From: Deltaproteobacteria bacterium
GTDB taxonomy: Bacteria > Desulfobacterota > DSM-4660 > Desulfatiglandales > HGW-15
Direction: 5' to 3'
Length of the DNA stretch: 64,000 bases
Assembly: GCA_019313825.1 (NCBI GenBank)
Contig: JAFDAM010000002.1
Location: 265-64,264 of the forward strand
Shown here: one piece after another, positions 37,938 through 48,236 of the stretch
Position numbering within the stretch: position 1 is the first letter of the stretch
Layout: every line of letters starts with the position of its first letter
Notes under the pieces: model-generated
The model's database searches: none
Told to the model about the DNA's origin: nothing
The model's input: only the letters and a program-made list of their open reading frames with translations
Program-made: the position numbers and the translations under genes

Positions 37938-38075
37938 GTATTTAGGCTTTAGGAGAGAATCATGCGTGATCATACGAAGCTCAGAGCGTTTGAATTGGCT
38001 GACGAAGTACGAGTTTGGCCTGTCAATGCGCAAAAACTAATAGCCTTTAGCTTACAGCCTAAACAACCTGAACAG
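37938..38075 (+). repeat. Miniature relic of a four-helix-bundle element
   Basis: Reads MRDHTKLRAFELADEV..., then decays. Flanked by tatttaggctttagg / ctaatagcctttagcttacagcctaaac. Collinear with the reverse complement of 15085-15255. Confidence 0.7.
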
Positions 38076-38137
38076 TTCCCTTTTATCATCAATAATAAAG
38101 TGATCAACCTTGAATCTGTTTTGTTTGGAGGTAACAC

Positions 38138-39718
38138 ATGAAGGTCCTTGTGAGTGATTCTCTCTCAGATGTAGGTGTCAATATATTTCAGGATACACCG
38201 GGCATCGATGTCGACGTCAATATCGGTCTTGCCCCGGATGGTCTGAAAGGGATCATAGGCCAGTACAACGGGCTGGTCGTACGCAGCGCCACCAAGGTCA
38301 CTGCCGATGTCATTGAAGCCGCCGAAAACCTTAAGGTCATCGGCCGGGCAGGGATCGGCCTGGATAACGTTGATATACCCGCTGCCAGCAAGAGGGGGAT
38401 CGTGGTCATGAACACCCCGGAAGGGAATACCATAACCACGGCGGAACATACCATCGCGATGATCATGGCGCTCTCCCGTAACATACCGCAGGCAACGGCC
38501 TCTCTCAAACAGGGCAAGTGGGAGAAGAAAAAACATCAGGGTCGGGAGCTCTTTAACAAGACACTGGGCCTGATCGGCGCTGGGCATATCGGGCAGATCG
38601 TGGCCGAAAGGGCGAAGGGAATGAAGATGAAGGTCATTGTCCATGACCCTTACATCAAGCCTGAGACCCTTGAGAAAAAAGATCTCGAACCGGTCTCCTT
38701 TGAAGAGTTGCTGGAGAGGTCGGACTATATCACCATCCATACCCCGAAAACGGATGAGACCGCCAATATGATAAACAGGGACACCATAGCCCGGATGAAA
38801 AAGGGGGCAATGGTCATCAACTGCGCACGCGGGGGTATGGCCAATGAAGACGATCTTTACGATGCCCTTGAGTCGGGGCATCTGGGAGGTGTGGCCCTTG
38901 ACGTGTTCAGCACGGAACCGCCCGGAGATATAAGACTGATGAGCCATCCGAACTTTATCTGCACACCCCACCTCGGGGCGTCAACCAGGGAGGCACAGGT
39001 CAACGTGGCCAGGGATGTGGCCGAGCAGATCGTCGCGTATCTCCTGCACGGGACGGTCAAGAACGCGGTGAACGTGCCAAGCGTCAGCGCGGAGCTTATG
39101 ACCATCCTGAGGCCCTATGTCACCCTGGCCGAAAAAATGGGCTCCTTCCAGACCCAGCTTACTGACAGCGGCATCATAGAGGTCCAGATCGATTACTCGG
39201 GAAAGGTGACTGAGCACGATGTAACCCCCCTGACCACAGCCATGCTCAAGGGGCTGCTCACGCCTATCATGAAAGACGACGTGAACTTCATAAACGCGGC
39301 CTTTCTCGCCTCTGAAAGGGGGATCAAGGTTGTGGAGTCAAAGACCAGGACATCAGAGGATCTCGCCAGCCTTATCAAGCTGAGGGTCAAGTCACTGGAT
39401 GGTGAAAACATCGTGTCAGGGACCATTTTCGGGAAGGTCTTGCCGAGGATCCTGCGAATCAACGATTTCTATCTCGAGGCAATTCCGGAGGGCCATAACC
39501 TCCTTATTCATAACCTGGATGAGCCGGGGGTGATCGGCAGTATTGCCATGACCCTGGGAGATCACAATATAAATATAGGCCGCATGGGCGTAGGGCAGGA
39601 AAAGGCAAAAAAACAGAACGTGATCCTGATGGCGACCGACGCTCCCGTAGATGATGACATCCTTGAAGAGCTGCGCGGTCTGAATAACATCTTTTCAGCA
39701 AGAAGAATAGAATTATGA
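38138..39718 (+). CDS. serA: D-3-phosphoglycerate dehydrogenase (long form with ACT domain)
   Basis: 526 aa. GLIGAGHIGQIVA, CARGG, TPHLGAST. Confidence 0.93.
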   Translation: MKVLVSDSLSDVGVNIFQDTPGIDVDVNIGLAPDGLKGIIGQYNGLVVRSATKVTADVIEAAENLKVIGRAGIGLDNVDIPAASKRGIVVMNTPEGNTITTAEHTIAMIMALSRNIPQATASLKQGKWEKKKHQGRELFNKTLGLIGAGHIGQIVAERAKGMKMKVIVHDPYIKPETLEKKDLEPVSFEELLERSDYITIHTPKTDETANMINRDTIARMKKGAMVINCARGGMANEDDLYDALESGHLGGVALDVFSTEPPGDIRLMSHPNFICTPHLGASTREAQVNVARDVAEQIVAYLLHGTVKNAVNVPSVSAELMTILRPYVTLAEKMGSFQTQLTDSGIIEVQIDYSGKVTEHDVTPLTTAMLKGLLTPIMKDDVNFINAAFLASERGIKVVESKTRTSEDLASLIKLRVKSLDGENIVSGTIFGKVLPRILRINDFYLEAIPEGHNLLIHNLDEPGVIGSIAMTLGDHNINIGRMGVGQEKAKKQNVILMATDAPVDDDILEELRGLNNIFSARRIEL

Positions 39719-39731
39719 AAGGAGTATAGAG

Positions 39732-40127
39732 ATGGCTGTTGAGGGGAAAGGATTTGTTATCAAGGACAAAAGGGCGCTGGACGAACAAGGTGAATTAAAA
39801 GATGAGAAGCAGGAAGATGAGACAAAGAAGGAAGAAGCCAAGAAGGAAGAGGCAAAGCCGGATGATGCTCAAGGGACGCCGCTTCCTGAGGTCAGTTTTA
39901 ACTCCCTTATATTCAGCCTTAGTTCATCCGCTTTCCTGCATATCGGTGAGATCGCTGACCCACAAAGCGGTGAAAAGAAAAAAGATCTCCCCTTGGCCAA
40001 GCACTCCATAGACATCATCGCCATGCTGAAAGAAAAGACCAAAGGGAATCTGACCGAGGAAGAGGAACAGTTTGTGGACAATATCCTGACTGACCTGAGA
40101 TTTCGCTATGTCAAGGCGATGAAATAG
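39732..40127 (+). CDS. DUF1844-family protein
   Basis: 131 aa. Acidic/lysine-rich N-terminus, then FNSLIFSLSSSAFLHIGEIADPQSGEKKKDLPLAKHSIDIIAMLKEKTKGNLTEEE. Confidence 0.75.
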   Translation: MAVEGKGFVIKDKRALDEQGELKDEKQEDETKKEEAKKEEAKPDDAQGTPLPEVSFNSLIFSLSSSAFLHIGEIADPQSGEKKKDLPLAKHSIDIIAMLKEKTKGNLTEEEEQFVDNILTDLRFRYVKAMK

Positions 40128-40280
40128 GGGCGCTCATAGCTCGAACGGCAAAAATAAACGAGAGCAGGGCTTGGGATATCATGATTTATGCAACTTTGCC
40201 AGAAGAACTGTAATATGATTAATAGATGCCCCGCCTTGTAGGCGGGGAAGTTCACTAAAACCTTTTCATAGATGGAGTAA

Positions 40281-41741
40281 GTGATGGGTTACAGAGAAAA
40301 AAGAGGAAAAAAAATCATAGTAGGTTGGTCCATCGTATGCTTTTTTATTGGGCTCGCCCTTACCGCGCTGACCAATAATGTCCCGGAGACGGCCGCGCAA
40401 ACGTCTTCGATCATGCCTGGCGCGCCGGGCTCTTTCTCCCAGTTGGTAAAGAGGGCAAGACGCTCCGTGGTCAATATCAGCACGGTCAAGGTTATCAAAA
40501 GGGGAGACAGAGGGATGCGGCTCCAACGCCCTTTTAGGGAGAACGACCCGTTTAACGATTTCTTTGAGCGGTTCTTCAAAGACCGGATCCCTAAGGAGTA
40601 CCGGCAGAAAAGCCTGGGGACCGGCTTCATAATTGATAAGGAGGGCTATATATTAACAAACAACCACGTTGTGGAAAAGACCGATGAGATCAAGGTGAAA
40701 TTGGATAATGAAAAAGAATTCGACGCCGAGATCATAGGAAGGGACCCAAAAACAGATCTTGCCCTGATCCGTATCAAGACTGATGACCCTTTAGAGCCGC
40801 TACCATTCGGAGATTCGGACAGGCTCGAGGTAGGGGACTGGGTGGTTGCAATAGGGAATCCCTTTGGGCTTGATCATACTGTTACCGCAGGGATTGTCAG
40901 CGCAAAATACAGGCGGATAGGCGCCGGTGCATATGAGAACTTTATCCAGACCGACGCCTCCATCAATCCAGGAAACAGCGGGGGACCACTCCTGAATACA
41001 AACGGAGAGGTTGTGGGGATAAATTCAATTATCGTTCCAGGTGGCGGAGGAAGTATCGGTATCGGCTTCGCCATCCCCATCAACATGGCAAAGGATCTCC
41101 TGCCGCAACTCAAAAAGGGAAGAGTGGTCAGGGGCTGGCTGGGGGTCATGATCCAGGAGATAACTTCTGAATTGAAGGAGAAGCTGAAATTAAAGGATGA
41201 GAAAGGCGCGCTGGTTGCCGACGTCACACCGGAAGGGCCTGCTGAAAAAGCAGGGATAAAACGGGGTGATGTTATCATTTCGTTTGACGGGAAAGAGATC
41301 AATGAGATGAGCGAACTCCCCTTTGTAGTGGCCACAACCCCCGTGGGCAAGACCGTTGTTGTGAAGGTGATACGAAAGGGCAAAACAGAGAGTATAGAGG
41401 TTGAGGTCGCGGAACTGGAAGAGGAAAAGGAAAAGGAAAAAATTGTTGAAGAAAAGACCGATCTTGGTATGGCTGTTGAGGAGATCACGCCGGAGATGGC
41501 GCGGAAATTTGGTCTGACGGAAAAGAAGGGCATTATTGTCGTACAGGTCGAAGGCAACTCTCCTGCGGGGGAAGCGGGCATCAGGCAGGGTGATATGATT
41601 ATCGAGGTGGACCAGGAGCCCATGAAAGATATTGACAGATACAGGGAAAAGATCCGGCAGTATAAGAAGGGGGACACCATCCTTTTTCTGGCAAAACGCA
41701 GGGGCGCCACCCTCTATCTGACCTTGAAGGTATGGGAATAA
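40281..41741 (+). CDS. htrA: Periplasmic serine endoprotease DegP/DegQ/HtrA with two PDZ domains
   Basis: 486 aa. GTGFIIDKEGYILTNNHVV, DLALIRI, GNSGGPLLN. Confidence 0.92.
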   Translation: MMGYREKRGKKIIVGWSIVCFFIGLALTALTNNVPETAAQTSSIMPGAPGSFSQLVKRARRSVVNISTVKVIKRGDRGMRLQRPFRENDPFNDFFERFFKDRIPKEYRQKSLGTGFIIDKEGYILTNNHVVEKTDEIKVKLDNEKEFDAEIIGRDPKTDLALIRIKTDDPLEPLPFGDSDRLEVGDWVVAIGNPFGLDHTVTAGIVSAKYRRIGAGAYENFIQTDASINPGNSGGPLLNTNGEVVGINSIIVPGGGGSIGIGFAIPINMAKDLLPQLKKGRVVRGWLGVMIQEITSELKEKLKLKDEKGALVADVTPEGPAEKAGIKRGDVIISFDGKEINEMSELPFVVATTPVGKTVVVKVIRKGKTESIEVEVAELEEEKEKEKIVEEKTDLGMAVEEITPEMARKFGLTEKKGIIVVQVEGNSPAGEAGIRQGDMIIEVDQEPMKDIDRYREKIRQYKKGDTILFLAKRRGATLYLTLKVWE

Positions 41742-41816
41742 CAGAAGCAGTGACTCTATGTGCCTGTCTAATCGATCCTCTATTTCGCCGATCAGCGGGG
41801 TTAATTCAGTCTTTCC

Positions 41817-42692
41817 ATGACTACTGCCACTTACAGAACTCGGGCGCCGGCCAAGCTGAATATCCGTTTGAAGGTTATTGGCCGCCGGCCGGACGGGTAT
41901 CATGAACTGGTCTCTGTCATGGTCCCTGTTGGACTATTTGATATACTTGAGCTGGATGCGCTCCGCAACAACCGTATAGAGATAGCATGTGAGGGCTTTC
42001 AAGTGCCTGACAATGAGGACAACCTCATCTATCGGGCGGCAGCATCCTTTTTTTCTCAAACAGGGATTGATAAGGGAGTCTCCTTAAGACTGAAAAAAAA
42101 TATCCCGGTGGCAGCGGGCCTGGGCGGCGGCAGCAGTGACGCCGCAGCCACTCTTTTATCGCTCAATAAGATCCACTCAAATCCTTTATCCATGTCTGAT
42201 CTTCACGATCTTGCCGTTAAACTGGGGGCGGATGTCCCTTTCTTTCTATATTGCAGACCATCCCTGGCCAGAGGGATTGGCGAAATCCTGGAACCGTTAA
42301 AAGATTGGCCAATATACTGGTATGTGATCGTTACCCCTCCAATCCGAGTCTCCACCTCATGGGTCTATGGAGATCTTAAATTGGAGTTGACAACAGGCGA
42401 ATATGACTATATATTATCCACTTTAAAAAGTGATCCTTTTACTGTCTCCCATGTGCTTGAAAATGATCTGGAACAGGTAACTTCCGCCAGTTTCCCGATA
42501 ATCGATACCCTTAAAAAGCTCTTAATGGATGTCGGCGCAGAAGGGGCTATTATGTCAGGGAGCGGGCCGAGCGTGTTCGGTCTGTTTTCTTCTTTTGATC
42601 AGGCTATATCTGCCAAAAAGGCTCTCATTTCCCAGGATCTGGGGGATGTCTTTATAGCCAAGGGCTGGGAAAAGCAGGCTCATAGCTCATAG
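41817..42692 (+). CDS. ispE: 4-diphosphocytidyl-2-C-methyl-D-erythritol kinase
   Basis: 291 aa. APAKLNIRLKVIGRRPDGYHEL, IPVAAGLGGGSSDAAA. Confidence 0.93.
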   Translation: MTTATYRTRAPAKLNIRLKVIGRRPDGYHELVSVMVPVGLFDILELDALRNNRIEIACEGFQVPDNEDNLIYRAAASFFSQTGIDKGVSLRLKKNIPVAAGLGGGSSDAAATLLSLNKIHSNPLSMSDLHDLAVKLGADVPFFLYCRPSLARGIGEILEPLKDWPIYWYVIVTPPIRVSTSWVYGDLKLELTTGEYDYILSTLKSDPFTVSHVLENDLEQVTSASFPIIDTLKKLLMDVGAEGAIMSGSGPSVFGLFSSFDQAISAKKALISQDLGDVFIAKGWEKQAHSS

Positions 42693-42708
42693 CTAAGGGC
42701 TATCTTAC

Positions 42709-42783
42709 TGGGGTGTCGTCAAGTGGTAAGACACGGGCTTTTGGCGCCCGCATTCGGGGGTTCGAATCCTCCCACCCCAGCCA
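42709..42783 (+). tRNA. tRNA-Gln (anticodon UUG), CCA encoded
   Basis: Cloverleaf folded by hand: acceptor TGGGGTG/CACCCCA, anticodon stem CGGGC/GCCCG with loop TTTTGGC, T-arm GGGGG-TTCGAAT-CCTCC. Collinear with E. coli tRNA-Gln as I recall it. Confidence 0.92.
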
Positions 42784-43047
42784 TAAGACATGGTCTTTGT
42801 AAAGGGTTGTTGATATAGGTTAAGTGGTGAAACTGTTATAGATGGAAATTTAATGAACTACCCCGCGGCAAGCCACGGGGTATCACAATGAGTGTCTTAT
42901 CTTTTCTATCGTAGCAAGCTGCGGGGAATTAAACCCTAAAGATTTCGCATCTCTCTTCAAGTAATCCGTGTAATCCGCGAAATCTGTGGATTAAATAAGG
43001 GACGATGTGTTACGGTAAAAATGTGACGGGAATAAGGTTGATCTCAT

Positions 43048-43977
43048 ATGAAACTTTTTGGTGGTACATCAAACCCGATCTTAACACAGGAAGTATGTAA
43101 TTATCTTGACATTGAGCAAGGAAAAATAACCGCAAAGACCTTCAGTGACGGAGAAACGCAGATTGAGATACACGAAAACATCAGGGGGAGAGATGTGTTT
43201 GTCCTTCAATCCACATGTACCCCTGTAAACGATAACCTGATGCAGCTCCTGATCATTATGGATGCCCTTAAGAGGGCCTCCGCGAAAAGAGTCACCGCGG
43301 TCATTCCCTATTATGGATATGGACGGCAGGATAGAAAGGTGAAGCCCAGGGTCCCCATTTCCGCAAAGCTGGTGGCTGACCTCATTACCACGGCCGGGGC
43401 GGACAGGGTGGTCTCCATGGATCTGCATGCAGGTCAGATACAGGGTTATTTTAATATACCGGTAGACAACATTTTCGCAGCCCCTTTGATATTAAAATTT
43501 ATACGAGGCCATTTTGACGATGGCCTTGTTATTGTTTCACCGGACGCAGGTGGTGTTGAAAGGGCGAGGGCTTTTGCGAAACGTCTTGACACCTCCTTAG
43601 CTATTATAGATAAGAGACGGGATGCGCCCAATATCGCTGAGGCAATGAATATCATCGGGGAGGTGGAAGGAAAAACAGCCATTATCCTGGATGATATGGT
43701 TGATACAGCCGGGACATTAACCCAGGCAGCCATGGCGCTAAAAAATCGGGGAGCTGTCAAGATATATGCCTGCTGTACTCATCCGGTATTGTCAGGCGCT
43801 TCTATTGAAAGGATTGAGGAGTCCCCGATAGACCGCCTCGTGATAACCAATACTATCCCGCTGGGGAAAGAGGCTGAAAACTGCTCCAAAATAGAGCTTT
43901 TATCCGTAGCCGAATTACTCGGGGAGACCGTTAAGAGAATACATAATTCTCATTCTGTAAGTACATTATTCGTGTAG
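43048..43977 (+). CDS. prs: Ribose-phosphate pyrophosphokinase
   Basis: 309 aa. [33 protein letters not shown]. Confidence 0.95.
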   Translation: MKLFGGTSNPILTQEVCNYLDIEQGKITAKTFSDGETQIEIHENIRGRDVFVLQSTCTPVNDNLMQLLIIMDALKRASAKRVTAVIPYYGYGRQDRKVKPRVPISAKLVADLITTAGADRVVSMDLHAGQIQGYFNIPVDNIFAAPLILKFIRGHFDDGLVIVSPDAGGVERARAFAKRLDTSLAIIDKRRDAPNIAEAMNIIGEVEGKTAIILDDMVDTAGTLTQAAMALKNRGAVKIYACCTHPVLSGASIERIEESPIDRLVITNTIPLGKEAENCSKIELLSVAELLGETVKRIHNSHSVSTLFV

Positions 43978-43982
43978 GATTG

Positions 43983-44016
43983 AAACGCCTGTCTGAATCA
44001 GGCGTTTTGTATTTTA
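43983..44016 (+). terminator. Rho-independent terminator after prs
   Basis: aaacgcctg-tctgaat-caggcgttt followed by tgtatttt. Confidence 0.75.
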
Positions 44017-44074
44017 TGCTTTGTGAAAAATTTCGTTTTATTTTTTTTGATATCTAACTTAGGATAGGACAAAT

Positions 44075-44186
44075 CAGTAATGTCCGGTTAGGATTTTGCA
44101 TTAATGACATCTGTATTCTAAAGAGACCCCTACGGGCAATCAACTTCCATACGCCGGCATCGCAAAACCCTAACCGGACATTACTG
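44075..44186. mobile_element. MITE copy 1 (112 bp) with 9-bp target-site duplication
   Basis: TIRs cagtaatgtccggttagg / cctaaccggacattactg. Flanked on both sides by aggacaaat (44066-44074 and 44187-44195). Confidence 0.9.
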
Positions 44187-44247
44187 AGGACAAATACCAT
44201 CAATAGACAAAATATTGATAGATTAAGATATATTCAGGAGGTATAAG

Positions 44248-44931
44248 ATGGCCAAATATACACTATCTGCCCATATCAGGGAAGATAAAGGAAAAGAGGC
44301 GGCTAAAAAGCTTAGAAGAGATAACCATATACCCGCAGTTTTTTATGGTCCGGACACGGAACCTATGATGTTATCAGTGGATGATCATGATCTGCGTAAG
44401 ATCATGAAACAGGCAGCAGGTGAAAATATCGTTCTTGGTCTTCAGATTGAATCGGATAAGGGGAGTGATTCCAGGGTGGTTATGCTTAAGGAGCTACAGA
44501 CAGATCACATAAAGGACACCTATATCCATGCGGATTTCTATGAGATATCCATGGATAAAGAGATAACTGTCGACATTCCTGTCCGCCTGGTCAACATCGC
44601 CTTAGGTGTGACAAATGGAGGCATTCTTCAGCATGTCAGAAGAGAGATTACTATCTCTTGTTTGCCGGATAAATTGATAGAGTCAGTTGATGTGGATGTG
44701 TCGGAACTCGATATAGGAGATGCTGTGCATATTAGTGATATCGATCTACCGGAGGAAATTCAGACAGCACAGGAAAAAAATCTGACTGTGGCGGTGGTCG
44801 TCGCTCCTACTGTGACTGAGGAAGTCGAAGAAGAGGTCGAGGAGGAGATTGAGGAGGCAGAAGAGAAGGAAGGTGAAGAGGATAAAAAGGCTGAAAAAGA
44901 AGGAGCTGGCGCAGAGTCTCAGGCTGAATAA
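44248..44931 (+). CDS. rplY: 50S ribosomal protein L25 / general stress protein Ctc
   Basis: 227 aa. REDKGKEAAKKLRRDNHIPAVFYG, with an acidic C-terminal tail. Confidence 0.9.
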   Translation: MAKYTLSAHIREDKGKEAAKKLRRDNHIPAVFYGPDTEPMMLSVDDHDLRKIMKQAAGENIVLGLQIESDKGSDSRVVMLKELQTDHIKDTYIHADFYEISMDKEITVDIPVRLVNIALGVTNGGILQHVRREITISCLPDKLIESVDVDVSELDIGDAVHISDIDLPEEIQTAQEKNLTVAVVVAPTVTEEVEEEVEEEIEEAEEKEGEEDKKAEKEGAGAESQAE

Positions 44932-44979
44932 AGGGAATGAGTCCAGGCGAGAAGGGGGGACGGTAGATAGACCTTAAAT

Positions 44980-45570
44980 GTGGATTTAATAGCAGGTCTC
45001 GGCAATCCCGGGACAAAATATAAAGACACGCGTCATAACCTAGGCTATCGGGTAATCCATCTGTTGAGCTTGGACCTGGGAGTCCGTCTGAATGGACGAC
45101 GCTTTCAATCAAGAAACAGCCGGACCGAATTCCAGGGAAAAGAGATCGCGTTGCTCTGCCCGACGACCTTTATGAATCAGAGCGGCAAGTCCATCAAGGG
45201 CTGTGCTGATTTTTTTGATATCAAGACTGAAGATATTCTGATTATTCATGATGACCTTGACCTGCAGGTAGGAAGGATAAAGGTCGTAAGGCATGGAGGC
45301 GCAGGAGGGCACAAAGGTGTGCTATCTGTCATTGAACATCTGGGTAGCATGAAATTTCCCAGGATCAAGATCGGTATAGGACGTCCGCGTTTCGGGGAAA
45401 CTACTGTGGATTATGTGCTTTCGCCTTTCCATAACGACGAAAAGGATACAATAGATAGAGTAACACATGTGGTAGTTGTGGCATGTAAATTATTCGTTTC
45501 GGAAGGAGTTGAATCTGCAATGAATCTTATTAATTGTCAAAACTTAGAGAACAAGGAGGTATTAAGCTGA
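44980..45570 (+). CDS. pth: Peptidyl-tRNA hydrolase
   Basis: [32 protein letters not shown] start. Confidence 0.92.
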   Translation: MDLIAGLGNPGTKYKDTRHNLGYRVIHLLSLDLGVRLNGRRFQSRNSRTEFQGKEIALLCPTTFMNQSGKSIKGCADFFDIKTEDILIIHDDLDLQVGRIKVVRHGGAGGHKGVLSVIEHLGSMKFPRIKIGIGRPRFGETTVDYVLSPFHNDEKDTIDRVTHVVVVACKLFVSEGVESAMNLINCQNLENKEVLS

Positions 45571-47645
45571 TGCAGGAATTAACTGTTTACGCTCCCTATT
45601 TGGGAATCTTGAGTCTGATCATCGCCTGGCTGGTCTATGGATATGTCAAGAAACAGCCCAATGGAACCGAATTGATGCAGGAACTTGAAGAGATGATCCA
45701 TGAAGGCGCTATGACCTTTTTAAGGAGAGAGTATTCCATTCTGGTTATTTTCATTGTAGCTGTTTTTCTACTGATAGGAGTGCTACTTCACGAGTGGCGA
45801 ACATCCATCGCCTTTGTAACGGGCGCTCTTTGCTCCATGTTGGCAGGCTTTTCCGGTATGACCGCAGCAACCCGTGGTAATTCCAGGACAGCCGAAGCCG
45901 CAAATAAATCAGGTCAGGCCAAGGCCTTAAACGTGTCCTACTTTTCAGGCTCGGTCATGGGGCTGGCCGTGGCCGGTCTCGGACTCCTGGGATTAGGGAT
46001 CTGGTTCCGGTATTACGGGGGTGACCCGGGCACGGCCAAGTATATTAACGGCTTTGCCATGGGCGCAAGCTCCATCGCATTGTTTGCCCGTGTGGGCGGA
46101 GGCATATTCACCAAGGCCGCCGATGTCGGGGCCGACCTTGTAGGTAAAGTAGAGGCGGGAATCCCCGAAGACGACCCGAGAAATCCGGGGGTCATTGCGG
46201 ACAATGTGGGAGATAATGTGGGCGATATCGCCGGGATGGGCGCTGATATCTTCGAGTCTTTCGTGGGCTCGGTGATCGCTACCATCGCCATTGGGGCGAC
46301 GCTTGCAATCAACACGGATGATACCCTGGCGGCCTTTATTAAGGATTTCCCCGTACTTGAGGGGCTTACGGCCACAGCGATCAAGCTGAAATATATGGCC
46401 ATGCCTATTCTAGTAGTGATGGCAGGATTGCTCAGCTCATTCGTGGGTGTCTTTTCCATCAAGGTCTTCCAGAAGGGAGACCCTGCAGGGGCCTTGAGGT
46501 ACACCACCTTTGTGGCCGGCGGCATCTTCACGATACTTGCCGCAATCGTCACCAAATATGTCGGTATGCCGTGGGGCGCCTTCTGGGCGGTATTTTCAGG
46601 GCTCCTCTGCGGTATGGCTATCGGTATGATTGCTGAATATTACACGTCCGGCCCACCGGTCCTCCGTATCGCAGAACAGACCAAGACCGGTCCTGCGACC
46701 GTTATCATCGCCGGCCTGGCCGTGGGTATGCAGTCCACCTATCTGCCTATGCTGGGTATCTGCATTGCCATATTTGTCGGGTTTCAGACTGCCGGTATCT
46801 ACGGTATCGGTCTTTCGGCCGTCGGCATGCTGGCTACAGTGGGCGCTACCATGACCGTTGATGCCTACGGGCCCATAGCCGACAACGCGGGCGGTATCTC
46901 CGAGATGGCGGGCCTGGGTCCTGAGACCCGGAAGATTACAGACGGTCTGGATGCACTTGGAAACACAACAGCCGCCGTGGGTAAAGGGTTTGCCATCGGC
47001 TCGGCAGCGCTGACCGCATTGGCCCTGTTCGTGGCCTTTACGCAGGCAGCCGGTCTCGAAATTATCGATCTCAAGAACCCGCTGGTGGTGATCGGCATAT
47101 TTATCGGCGCCATGGTCCCCATGGTCTGTGCCGCCCTCACAATGACTTCAGTGGGTAAGGCCGCTTTCAGTATAGTGGAGGAGATCCGTCGTCAGTTCCG
47201 TGAGATCCCGGGATTACTGGAAGGAAAAGAGGGTGCCAAGCCTGATCCAAAGACCTGCGTAAACATCGCAACTACCTCTGCCCTGAAGGAGATGGTGGCA
47301 CCGGGTCTGGTTGCAGTTCTTACCCCTGTGGCCGTCGGCTTCCTCCTCGGAAAAGAGACCCTGGGCGGAATGCTCCTCGGCGCCACGGTCATGGGCGCGT
47401 TTCTGGCCCTGTTTATGGCCAATAGCGGCGGTGCATGGGATAATGCGAAAAAGTACATCGAAGAAGGCAATGTGGGAGGAAAAGGTTCGGACAATCACAA
47501 GGCCGCAGTAGTGGGCGACACCGTTGGCGACCCGTTTAAGGATACCTCCGGTCCGGCCATGAACATACTCATCAAGTTGATGGCTGTTGTATCCCTGGTT
47601 ATTGCGCCTACGCTTCCAGCGGTGGGTCTTTTTCTTGGGATGTAA
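45570..47645 (+). CDS. hppA: Membrane-bound proton/sodium-translocating pyrophosphatase (K+-dependent-type signature)
   Basis: Start moved to ATG 45570 (aaggagg lies 11 nt upstream; 1-nt overlap with the pth stop). [38 protein letters not shown] has Ala where K+-independent enzymes have Lys. Confidence 0.93.
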   Translation: MQELTVYAPYLGILSLIIAWLVYGYVKKQPNGTELMQELEEMIHEGAMTFLRREYSILVIFIVAVFLLIGVLLHEWRTSIAFVTGALCSMLAGFSGMTAATRGNSRTAEAANKSGQAKALNVSYFSGSVMGLAVAGLGLLGLGIWFRYYGGDPGTAKYINGFAMGASSIALFARVGGGIFTKAADVGADLVGKVEAGIPEDDPRNPGVIADNVGDNVGDIAGMGADIFESFVGSVIATIAIGATLAINTDDTLAAFIKDFPVLEGLTATAIKLKYMAMPILVVMAGLLSSFVGVFSIKVFQKGDPAGALRYTTFVAGGIFTILAAIVTKYVGMPWGAFWAVFSGLLCGMAIGMIAEYYTSGPPVLRIAEQTKTGPATVIIAGLAVGMQSTYLPMLGICIAIFVGFQTAGIYGIGLSAVGMLATVGATMTVDAYGPIADNAGGISEMAGLGPETRKITDGLDALGNTTAAVGKGFAIGSAALTALALFVAFTQAAGLEIIDLKNPLVVIGIFIGAMVPMVCAALTMTSVGKAAFSIVEEIRRQFREIPGLLEGKEGAKPDPKTCVNIATTSALKEMVAPGLVAVLTPVAVGFLLGKETLGGMLLGATVMGAFLALFMANSGGAWDNAKKYIEEGNVGGKGSDNHKAAVVGDTVGDPFKDTSGPAMNILIKLMAVVSLVIAPTLPAVGLFLGM

Positions 47646-47856
47646 AACATAAAGACGCTATGCGCGACTGAAAGGAGCTGACGCCTCGGTCGTCGCTCCC
47701 CCGCACAAGTCAGCGGGATCTTCGATAGGCGCCCCCGCTTTTGAGCGGGATGTCGCGGGCTCAACTTGCAGACATCTAATGCCTTGCTGGTGCCCAGGTA
47801 CAGACCGAAATTCTTTGTCCGCATTGATGATGTGAAAATTAGATGGTGGATTTGGG
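47641..47856. repeat. ~215-bp dispersed repeat, copy 1
   Basis: Collinear, with scattered substitutions, with 50121-50354. Starts within the hppA stop codon. Confidence 0.9.
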
Positions 47857-48236
47857 TTTAAGGCGGCATATAGACAAAAGATCCGTAATATGATATATAG
47901 AAAATTGCTGGATTGGAAACTAACTATCGCCCATTTTTATTTTTTTGGACGGGCGCTATTTAGTTTCCGCCAGGATGTTAATGACAGGCAGGATGGAGAC
48001 TGGTTAAGATTCTAAACAGTCTCTGTTAAAGTGTTATAAGGCATAGTATTGAGGCCTTTGAAAAATGTTCAATTTTGCCCAAGATTAAGGAAGGCGATAA
48101 TTTTAACCACAGGAATACATTGAGTATTTCGAGGATTAAAATTTGAGCCTGACACAGAGATTGGGCAAAAGGGGGCGTTTTTCAAAGGTCTCGTATTAAG
48201 ATGCCTGCTATATTGTGTTATGTATGGGAGTGATAG

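Noticed and set aside
38165-38971. Long antisense or alternate-frame ORFs inside well-supported genes: this one in serA, plus 11437-12084, 17112-17843, 27201-27701, 35104-35619, 40874-41710, 41190-41903, 46013-46555, 53266-53703 and others in the track.
   Set aside because: They are shadow ORFs of clearly homologous genes on the other strand or frame. Their sequences are low-complexity or biased, with no RBS and no family resemblance.
42784-43047. Genomic-island or integration scar next to tRNA-Gln; the spacer is repeat-rich, with ccccgcggcaagccacgggg and gcaagctgcgggg.
   Set aside because: There is no direct repeat of the tRNA 3' end downstream and no integrase. The ispE-tRNA(Gln)-prs order is a common conserved arrangement.
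45534-45569. Upstream extension of hppA given in the ORF track.
   Set aside because: It has a non-ATG start inside pth. A strong aaggagg RBS precedes ATG 45570, which yields the canonical N-terminus.
47655-47700. Group II intron 5' end (gcgcgactgaaaggagctg resembles GUGYG...).
   Set aside because: It does not start with GTGCG, no domain V/VI-like sequence follows, and no intron-encoded RT is present. The element is only about 215 bp.
47780-47797. Sigma54-type promoter on the minus strand (GGGCAC-N-AGGCA) within the 215-bp repeat.
   Set aside because: The -12 element is poor (AGGCA instead of TTGCA). No minus-strand gene lies downstream. The partial copy upstream of the porin gene lacks this segment.
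47495-47824. ORFs translated across dispersed repeats (47495-47824, 49962-50201, 52281-52631, 58606-58821), sharing peptides such as RRQLLSVA.
   Set aside because: The similarity is explained by nucleotide repeats. There are no start or RBS contexts, and the frames are not conserved between copies.
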